Below are positions 58,100-64,000 of a DNA stretch of 64,000 nucleotides, in pieces. The DNA lies in IMG/VR virus record IMGVR_UViG_3300034102_001074; one strand, 5' to 3'. Source of the stretch: an uncultured virus (IMG/VR IMGVR_UViG_3300034102_001074). Its lineage: Duplodnaviria > Heunggongvirae > Uroviricota > Caudoviricetes. The notes under the pieces are model-generated. The model made no database searches. It saw only the letters and a program-made list of their open reading frames with translations, and was not told where the DNA came from. Position 1 is the stretch's first letter; each line of letters opens with the position of its first letter. A program made the position numbers and the translations under genes.

Positions 58100-59649
58100 T
58101 AGCCAACAACTACCGTCTTAAGATCTGTAATCGAACTATTTGTTGTTACGGTTACGGTGTTTGCATCTGTAACTACGATTGCAGCATCTACCTGAGCACC
58201 TGCAAGCCAGCATTGTACTGTTACGTCTGAAGTTGCAAGACCATGTGTGATGGTATGTGTTGTTCCAGTTGTTGTTGTAACATACTTTCTAGCAATTGCA
58301 ATTTCTGAACCAGCAATACCTGCACTCCACTTGTCACTTGTTTCATTCCAAATAAGTGATGCATTTGTAGAATTTCCTCGCTCAACTTCAAGACCTGCAT
58401 TCAAAGAAGGAGTTCCAGTTACATTTGAATTAAGTAAGAACAAGTTATCTTCAACATTAATTGTTGAAGTTGAAACTGAATTAATTGCACCAGTAACGTC
58501 AAGGTCTCCAGTTACTGTAAGAGTTCCTCCAATTGTTACATCATTTGGGAGACCAATTGTGATAGCTCCTGTGTATGGACCAGATCCAGTACCTGCTGAC
58601 ACTTCAATTTCATTTGTAGTTCCAGCAATACTTGTTACACCAGAGTTAGTTAGGGTAATAGTGTCTGTTCCTGCATTTGTGGTTACTGTTAATCCAGTAC
58701 TTCCAGCAATTGTTAATGTGTCAGTATTAGAATCTGCGACAACGCTATCCTGACCAGATACAGCAATTGTCTTAAAGATATTTTGATCAGAACCCTTGTC
58801 TGCGTTTGTAATTGTTACATCGCCAGTAGCCTGGTCAATTGTTATTCCTGTTCCTGCAACAATTTCTGTTACACCAGTGTTAGTAAACGCTAGTGTTCCA
58901 GCACCACCTGTATTATCTGTATAGGCTACAGAAATTCCAGAGTGTGTTGCAGTTGTTATTAGATTTGCAGCAGTATCTTCAACGGCTTCACGGAAATCTG
59001 AAATTGTTGTAGAAGCGTGAGTATGAGTATCATTTCCAACTGTTGCTTCAAAACTTACGTTTCCAAGATTTGTTACAGTTCCGCTACCAGTTACATCTCC
59101 AGTAAGAGTAATTGAGAAATCTGCTACGTCAAAGTCAAGGGTATTATCGGAATCATCATAGGATACTGAAATTCCACTTTCGGTATTTGATGTTACCATT
59201 CCTCCAACTGCGTCAGCAACTGCTTCATTAAAGTCTGAAATTTTTGTTGATTCAAGGCTAGGAATGTCTGCAGCTACAAGTGATCTAAATGTTGGAATAG
59301 CTGCTGTTGAGCCAGAACCTGGACCAGCAAGAACAGTGTTAACTGCTGCTGTGTTCCATTCAAATGCTAGTGTTCCTGAAGCGTTAGCAGGAGATCCTGA
59401 TACTGTAAATAGGTCTGGGGCATCTAGAGAGATAGAAATTGTTGGAACGTCATCGGTATAAGCGATTGTCTTCCATGCAGTTCCATTGTAAAGTCTTAGA
59501 TGATTCTGATCACCACCTGAGCCAGTAAAGTAAATAATACGACCAGAAGTTAGGTCGGAGCTTGGATTTGTTGAAAAATCCTCAAAGATAAATCTTTTTG
59601 CCTTGTTTAATCCAAGGTCTAAATCAACTGTAAACAGTCTTGATGCCAT
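58099..59649 (-). CDS. Fibre-like virion structural protein
   Basis: Repeats such as DFNEAVADA/DFREAVEDT, SGISV.Y.D and GVT.I.AG; AGLEVERG...WNETSDKW. Confidence 0.7.
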   Translation of the reverse strand: MASRLFTVDLDLGLNKAKRFIFEDFSTNPSSDLTSGRIIYFTGSGGDQNHLRLYNGTAWKTIAYTDDVPTISISLDAPDLFTVSGSPANASGTLAFEWNTAAVNTVLAGPGSGSTAAIPTFRSLVAADIPSLESTKISDFNEAVADAVGGMVTSNTESGISVSYDDSDNTLDFDVADFSITLTGDVTGSGTVTNLGNVSFEATVGNDTHTHASTTISDFREAVEDTAANLITTATHSGISVAYTDNTGGAGTLAFTNTGVTEIVAGTGITIDQATGDVTITNADKGSDQNIFKTIAVSGQDSVVADSNTDTLTIAGSTGLTVTTNAGTDTITLTNSGVTSIAGTTNEIEVSAGTGSGPYTGAITIGLPNDVTIGGTLTVTGDLDVTGAINSVSTSTINVEDNLFLLNSNVTGTPSLNAGLEVERGNSTNASLIWNETSDKWSAGIAGSEIAIARKYVTTTTGTTHTITHGLATSDVTVQCWLAGAQVDAAIVVTDANTVTVTTNSSITDLKTVVVG

Positions 59650-59681
59650 GATAATCAGTTTTCCCTATTGAAGTAACAGGG

Positions 59682-60143
59682 CTAAGTTAGATACGCTGTA
59701 CCGCTTGAAGCACTGTTCATTACAATTTTAACAGTATTACTGTTCAAATACACTAAGTCAGTTTCAAGAATTCTACTTGCATTGTCTAGGACAGTAACAT
59801 TTGGATAAAAGTTTAAATTATGGTTAATTGTCCATTCATTAGAAATAGAGGTTTGGGTGTGGACATGTCTAACATGATTTACTGGATTTGAGCCAATATC
59901 TGGATAGTCAATTACCACCACTCCAGTCTTTCCATTAACTGAAGTTACTGCACTAATAGCCTCAACTACGGAAAGCTCAACATTAAAGTTTTCTTGTGAG
60001 GCAACCACATTAGCCTGACCAGTTTCAAAGTCATATGTGGTGGTTGATCCAACAGTACTAATTCCATCATTAATTACTGGAGCTAAAATTAGGGATGCAA
60101 GAAGATTATCTTCTTCTACTATGATGGATGTAATATCAGACAT
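59682..60143 (-). CDS. Virion fibre-associated protein
   Basis: VTSVNGKTG and WTINHNLNFYPNVTV motifs. Confidence 0.65.
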   Translation of the reverse strand: MSDITSIIVEEDNLLASLILAPVINDGISTVGSTTTYDFETGQANVVASQENFNVELSVVEAISAVTSVNGKTGVVVIDYPDIGSNPVNHVRHVHTQTSISNEWTINHNLNFYPNVTVLDNASRILETDLVYLNSNTVKIVMNSASSGTAYLT

Positions 60144-60150
60144 ACCACGA

Positions 60151-61092
60151 TTATAGCATTAAACGAGCTTCAACAGAATCTAAATGGTCCCTTACTACCT
60201 TTTCCCATTTCCACTCTTTGTGAACATCTAGTGCTCTTTTAGACTGAAGCTCTAATATGCTTTCGATATTTTTTTCAGTGTGTTGCATAAGAGTAGCAAA
60301 ATGGTTTAGGTCAGGTCTAAACATTTTTCCAGGATGTATTAGTTGCCAAGGATTATATACAAGTTCAGAATTAATAATTAGTTCTGGACAGTGACGCTTA
60401 TAGTCGCACCATCCATCTGTCATAACTACTGGCATACCTGTGGCTAGTGCTTGTAGTGGCATAAGACCAAAGCCTTCTCCCCAAGAAGGATAAAGTAGGG
60501 CGTGGTGCTGACCAACAAAGCTAGCAAGTTCTGAATAGGTAACGGTATCTACAACAACATTAATGTTTGGCTCATTAATTTCAAATTCACATGCAGAGTA
60601 AGCTTTAACAGTTAGCTCTACATCTTTTCTTCCAGCGTATAGTTCAAGAAATGTATTAATTGTTTCTGGTAAATTTTTTCTGTAAGCGGGATGACCCATA
60701 TGAAGAAATTTTATTTTGTCATCTACTTTTCTTTCAATAGGAGCCCAGGTATCATCAATGCCATGGGGAAACACATAAATTTCTTTGTCTGTAAACTTAC
60801 TAAATATTTCTTTGCAGAATTGATTAGGTACCCACATTTCATCAAGGTGAGAAATGTACTCTTCCCACATAGGCTGAAGCTCGGTAGACTCCCAGGCTGT
60901 GTATCCAATTTTGTAGGAATCTTTTCCATGAAACTTATAGAATTGGGGATGGCTAAAAGTAACCTCAACTGGGTTTTCTCTTTCAATTAAAAGACTGTGG
61001 CTTGTCTTACCAATATTGGTAATTATCTTATGTGTGGCATAGCCATACCCAGTCTTGATATTGCCATCGCAATTATTAAAACCAAACTTCAA
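60151..61092 (-). CDS. Glycosyltransferase family 4 (GT-B)
   Basis: TGYG, YTAWES, RKN and PSWGEGFGLMPLQALATGMPV. Confidence 0.9.
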   Translation of the reverse strand: MKFGFNNCDGNIKTGYGYATHKIITNIGKTSHSLLIERENPVEVTFSHPQFYKFHGKDSYKIGYTAWESTELQPMWEEYISHLDEMWVPNQFCKEIFSKFTDKEIYVFPHGIDDTWAPIERKVDDKIKFLHMGHPAYRKNLPETINTFLELYAGRKDVELTVKAYSACEFEINEPNINVVVDTVTYSELASFVGQHHALLYPSWGEGFGLMPLQALATGMPVVMTDGWCDYKRHCPELIINSELVYNPWQLIHPGKMFRPDLNHFATLMQHTEKNIESILELQSKRALDVHKEWKWEKVVRDHLDSVEARLML

Positions 61093-61106
61093 GACTTTAC
61101 TTTCTG

Positions 61107-61406
61107 TTAGTTGCGTTCTAGTTTATCTAAACGCTCTTCAATACGACCAACGGCATCTTTAATGGATGTACCGTGGTTTGGTCTCATTTCAAAAGATATG
61201 CAAGCAATTTCTTCTTCCATAAATCTTAGTCTTTCTTGCATTCCAGGACGACCATCAAATCCTGGTCTTGGCTCTTCACCAAAGTAATCATCTAGGAAGT
61301 GTATAAATCTTTTTACAAGCTTTGTAACTTTATATAGTCCAACACCAATAACTCCAATTGCAGTTATTGTTGCAGCAATGGTCATCAACCATTCATTTGG
61401 AGTCAT
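61107..61406 (-). CDS. Membrane protein (one TM segment + coiled coil), possibly a lysis module
   Basis: N-terminal hydrophobic helix; PNHGTSIKDAVGRIE motif; next to the holin-like gene. Confidence 0.65.
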   Translation of the reverse strand: MTPNEWLMTIAATITAIGVIGVGLYKVTKLVKRFIHFLDDYFGEEPRPGFDGRPGMQERLRFMEEEIACISFEMRPNHGTSIKDAVGRIEERLDKLERN

Positions 61407-61428
61407 CGTCTATACACTTCCACAAAGA

Positions 61429-61770
61429 CTACTTTGAAGTAGTCTTCTTTGCTGTAGATTTTTTAGCAGGTGCCTTAGTTGCCTTTTTTGCAGGTGCAGC
61501 TGGTGCACTTGCAGTTTTTGCTTTTGGGGCTTGCTTTACTACCATTTCTGCAATATCAACTGCTTGCTTGGCTAGTGATTCTGGGGTTGCAGTCTTACCG
61601 AATGCAATATCGTTCTTATTCATGTAGCGAATTGCTACTGGTGCAAATGCTGCGACTAGAGCAGATAAATAACTCTGCCATTCAGTAACACCTGCTAAGT
61701 ACAATGCAATTGCTGCTGCCAGGAATGCTCTTCCGTATGACTGTAGCATTGCCATCTGTGACTTTGACAT
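61429..61770 (-). CDS. Holin-like protein with Ala/Lys/Pro-rich tail
   Basis: SYGRAFLAAAIALY..G and a second hydrophobic helix ending P..IRY.N..D.AFG; start at 61770 after GGAG. Confidence 0.6.
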   Translation of the reverse strand: MSKSQMAMLQSYGRAFLAAAIALYLAGVTEWQSYLSALVAAFAPVAIRYMNKNDIAFGKTATPESLAKQAVDIAEMVVKQAPKAKTASAPAAPAKKATKAPAKKSTAKKTTSK

Positions 61771-61888
61771 ATATTTCTCCAATGTTATTCCCGTTTGGGA
61801 TTGTACTTATCATTATACAGCAAAAAAAAATAAAATTTCGGCGGTGGCGTTCGGCGAAAAGAGAACAAAACCCAACTCCCTATATAAC

Positions 61889-61918
61889 TTGACACAAGAT
61901 AAAAAGAGTTGCTATAAT
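61889..61918 (+). promoter_or_regulatory. Consensus sigma70/SigA promoter
   Basis: TTGACA-18 nt-TATAAT with extended -10 TG, upstream of 61945. Confidence 0.85.
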
Positions 61919-61944
61919 AGGTAACTACGAACAAAGGATTATAT

Positions 61945-62190
61945 ATGTCAGAAGAACAAATTGACACAGAAGTAAAGAATATGAATGATAATCTAGGAAC
62001 TATCCTATATATCATGTTAGGTCGAATTTATGATCTTCTGGTACTAATTGCTGATAGTCAAGATAAAGGTGAAGATGTATTAAAGCTTATGGAATTACAT
62101 CGTCAAGGTAATATTATGTCACCTCTACCTGCATTGAATGTACCAGATTTTGAATCAGAAGAAAAGTCTTCCACATCCCCCGAAAAATAA
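61945..62190 (+). CDS. Hypothetical protein (81 aa)
   Basis: Consensus promoter and AAAGGA RBS upstream. Confidence 0.8.
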   Translation: MSEEQIDTEVKNMNDNLGTILYIMLGRIYDLLVLIADSQDKGEDVLKLMELHRQGNIMSPLPALNVPDFESEEKSSTSPEK

Positions 62191-62269
62191 AATTGTAAAA
62201 ATAAAATGAGCAGTTTTATGTCTTTACTCAGGACACTTACCCATCCCAAGGTAAACCTATAGCTTTTAG

Positions 62270-62677
62270 CTACTTGATAGAGATAGCTTTTGGCTTTTTC
62301 TCTTCAGGGATATTCCTTGTAATTATAATGGATAAAATACCATCATTTAGTTTTGCATCCGAGACTTCCATATATTCTGCTAAAGCAAATGTTCTTTTGA
62401 ACTTACGCCCTGCAATTCCTTTATGGATATATTCATCATTTGTTTCTGGAAGTTCTCCATCTACCGTCACACAGCAATCTTCTTCAGTAATAGTTAGATT
62501 TGACTTGTTGTATCCAGCTACTGCCAATTCAATAACGAAGTTGTCTTCACCGATTTTTTTAACGTTATATGGAGGAAAGCTAGCTGCATTTGTTTTTGCT
62601 AAAGTTTCTAGCTTTGGGAAAAAACTTTCCCATCCGATCATGTATGGGTCATTTGCCCACGTTGTTGTATATTTCAT
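62270..62677 (-). CDS. Small heat shock protein (Hsp20/IbpA-like)
   Basis: FPPYNV, IELAVAGY, YIHKGIA.R.F.R.F.LA, A.LNDGIL.I and PEEKKP..I.I. Confidence 0.95.
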   Translation of the reverse strand: MKYTTTWANDPYMIGWESFFPKLETLAKTNAASFPPYNVKKIGEDNFVIELAVAGYNKSNLTITEEDCCVTVDGELPETNDEYIHKGIAGRKFKRTFALAEYMEVSDAKLNDGILSIIITRNIPEEKKPKAISIK

Positions 62678-62727
62678 TTTTTGCTCCTTTTAAGCGAGTT
62701 AAATTCACACCCCATAAGGCAATGTGT
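62678..62727 (-). promoter_or_regulatory. ROSE-like RNA thermometer in hsp20 5' UTR
   Basis: mRNA CUCGCU-UAAA-AGGAG: the UCGCU motif pairs with the SD, leaving a bulged G; TATAAT at 62734-62739. Confidence 0.7.
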
Positions 62728-62810
62728 ATACATATTATACCCTAGATTGTATCCAATATATTATTGTTATACAAACGTTATCTGTTTGTTACCATTTTGT
62801 TATATATTAA

Positions 62811-62826
62811 TGTGATGTAGGTCACA
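62811..62826. promoter_or_regulatory. CRP/GlxR-type palindromic site
   Basis: TGTGA-tgtagg-TCACA, a perfect TGTGA-N6-TCACA match. Confidence 0.6.
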
Positions 62827-62976
62827 TATATATAATCCTATAAAATGTGAATGCAATTTTATATTTTAGATCTGCAGCTAGACCCATTTTCACCAAAATG
62901 TGAATGAGATTTTTATTTGTATGATGCCGAATTTTCAAAAAAGCTTTCAAAAAACATAGTGAGCACATACGAGAAC

Positions 62977-63016
62977 AAAAAAAATCACTAGACATTTAAT
63001 CTAGTGAAATTTTTTT
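62977..63016. terminator. Bidirectional intrinsic terminator
   Basis: A-run, TCACTAGA-7 nt-TCTAGTGA, T-run. Confidence 0.75.
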
Positions 63017-63055
63017 AAGCATAATGCCTAATTATTTTTGAAGCATAATGCGGTT

Positions 63056-63130
63056 TTAGAAATTATCTATGCTTGCTAGGTATGCACCAATCATAATTAG
63101 TACCATAATGAATCCAAATAGTAATTCCAT
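63056..63130 (-). CDS. Putative micro membrane peptide (24 aa)
   Basis: MELLFGFIMVLIMIGAYLASIDNF; GAGGGG RBS. Confidence 0.5.
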   Translation of the reverse strand: MELLFGFIMVLIMIGAYLASIDNF

Positions 63131-63133
63131 TGA

Positions 63134-63322
63134 CTACCCCTCGATTGCTTCGATAACTATTGCACCAATGGCAGATAGTAAACCAATGGCAACGGTTACT
63201 ATCATTACATTGACAGACATTCCATTTAGTCCAATGACTAATAATTGTAATTCAAGTAGCAGGGCAGGTAATGAGAATACCGCAACGCCTAGCAATACAT
63301 CACGCAAGTGAAACAAAAACAT
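63134..63322 (-). CDS. Small two-TM membrane protein
   Basis: 62 aa, hydrophobic; GAGG RBS within the upstream gene end. Confidence 0.65.
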   Translation of the reverse strand: MFLFHLRDVLLGVAVFSLPALLLELQLLVIGLNGMSVNVMIVTVAIGLLSAIGAIVIEAIEG

Positions 63323-63324
63323 AA

Positions 63325-63435
63325 TTAGTCCTCACACATAATGCAGATAGAGGATTCAATTTCAAACGGTGCTAACTTGTCACCGCACACTAGGCAGGTT
63401 GCCTTAGTGATTTGTTCTAATGCTAATTCATTCAT
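63325..63435 (-). CDS. Tiny zinc-finger protein (36 aa)
   Basis: MNELALEQITKATCLVCGDKLAPFEIESSICIMCED; GAAAGG RBS and a TGTC-box promoter upstream. Confidence 0.7.
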   Translation of the reverse strand: MNELALEQITKATCLVCGDKLAPFEIESSICIMCED

Positions 63436-63467
63436 TTGATTTAGCCTTTCTTGTTGTTGTTAGTTTT

Positions 63468-63490
63468 AACTTACCATAGGGGTCTGACAA
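63468..63490 (-). promoter_or_regulatory. TGTC-box promoter, copy 1
   Basis: TTGTCAG-acccct-ATGG-TAAGTT on the minus strand. Confidence 0.65.
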
Positions 63491-63505
63491 TTTTTGGGTG
63501 GGTGC

Positions 63506-63592
63506 TTATTGGTTGATGATGAACCAACCAACAAACACGCTGTACAATGCAACTATTGCTAGTCCGATTGCATCTAATGTTGTAATTTCCAT
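63506..63592 (-). CDS. Putative micro membrane peptide (28 aa)
   Basis: MEITTLDAIGLAIVALYSVFVGWFIINQ; strong GAGGAGGT RBS. Confidence 0.65.
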   Translation of the reverse strand: MEITTLDAIGLAIVALYSVFVGWFIINQ

Positions 63593-63620
63593 TTCTTACC
63601 TCCTCTTATCTAATAGTCTA

Positions 63621-63643
63621 AACCTAACACACCCCACCGACAA
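63621..63643 (-). promoter_or_regulatory. TGTC-box promoter, copy 2
   Basis: TTGTCGG-tggggtg-TGT-TAGGTT on the minus strand. Confidence 0.65.
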
Positions 63644-63688
63644 TTTCTGCCAAATAGGGCGTGTTGTAGGTAAACATTTGGTGAACAA

Positions 63689-63908
63689 TAATCCACAGCC
63701 TTATCCACACGTTATCCACAATCCACAGGTTATCCACAGGTACTTATCCACAAGTTATCCCCAAGCTGTGGATAAAAAAATCCGCCGACCCGTTTTCCAC
63801 AGGTTATCCACAGGCTTACGATTATGATTAAAAACACAGTGAAAATTCACAGGATATCCACAGGTTATACACATGTTATCCACAGAGTTATACACAGGCT
63901 GTTGATAA
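63689..63908. repeat. DnaA-box array (oriC-like)
   Basis: TTATCCACA at 63701, 63712, 63730, 63744, 63804 and 63876, and reversed at 63767; TTWTNCACA variants at 63793, 63865 and 63888; one-mismatch copies at 63689, 63755, 63854 and 63900. Confidence 0.9.
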
Positions 63909-63965
63909 GTTGTGAATTATTGTTTACCTAATGTTCATCTAAGACATACCCTAAAATGGGCAAAA

Positions 63966-63988
63966 CTGTCAGACCCCCCTGCTAAGAT
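63966..63988 (+). promoter_or_regulatory. TGTC-box promoter, copy 3 (rightward)
   Basis: CTGTCAG-acccccc-TGC-TAAGAT on the plus strand. Confidence 0.65.
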
Positions 63989-64000
63989 GAAATCATAAAG

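Noticed and set aside
61785..62015. 76-aa minus-strand ORF
   Set aside because: It spans two divergent promoters and overlaps the better supported plus-strand gene 61945..62190.
575..62693. Numerous plus-strand ORFs (e.g. 7926..8441, 11844..12374, 32942..33613, 48843..49295, 58247..58753, 62274..62693)
   Set aside because: They are antisense shadows of well-supported minus-strand genes and have no recognisable motifs.
63498..63827. 109-aa plus-strand ORF with YPH/IHN/YPQ repeats
   Set aside because: The peptide repeats are the translation of the DnaA boxes, and the ORF overlaps a better supported minus-strand gene and promoter.
63689..63908. Possible CRISPR array or iterons
   Set aside because: The units are 9-mers with mostly 2-10 nt gaps, with no 25-45 nt repeats or spacers, and they match the DnaA box.
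1..64000. tRNA genes, integrase, stop-codon recoding
   Set aside because: No cloverleaf or T-loop motif was seen in the intergenic gaps, no recombinase motifs were found, and genes read intact in the standard code with TAA, TAG and TGA all used as stops.

Overview
A 64-kb, AT-rich segment of a tailed dsDNA phage (siphovirus-type), densely coded and almost entirely on the minus strand. In transcription order (right to left) it holds: tiny orphan genes and a regulatory/origin-like region (62.7-64 kb); Hsp20; holin-like and GT4 glycosyltransferase genes; class II ribonucleotide reductase; portal, prohead protease/scaffold, major capsid, neck and major tail genes; frameshifted tail chaperones; a 2569-aa tape measure protein; large tail-tip/fibre genes; a replication/recombination block (metallophosphoesterase, DnaB, primase, SSB, DnaE, MazG, RecA, Cas4-like nuclease, RuvC); a sugar nucleotidyltransferase plus GT32 pair; and small and large terminase, the latter cut by the window edge. 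Gene content, leaderless promoters and an AKP-rich protein tail suggest an actinobacterial host (inference). The main observations are: (1) an oriC-like array of at least 10 consensus DnaA boxes, many 11 bp apart, between divergent non-canonical promoters; (2) a tape measure protein carrying an internal HipA/PI3K-like kinase domain and an M23 peptidase, separated by repeated GG motifs; (3) a ROSE-type RNA thermometer on hsp20, with a CRP-like site and an 11-bp tandem array upstream and a pseudoknot downstream; (4) a -1 frameshift, a nested scaffold start, and six exactly spaced leaderless promoters. No tRNA, rRNA, CRISPR array or integrase was seen. All family assignments come from motif recognition by eye, not database searches.
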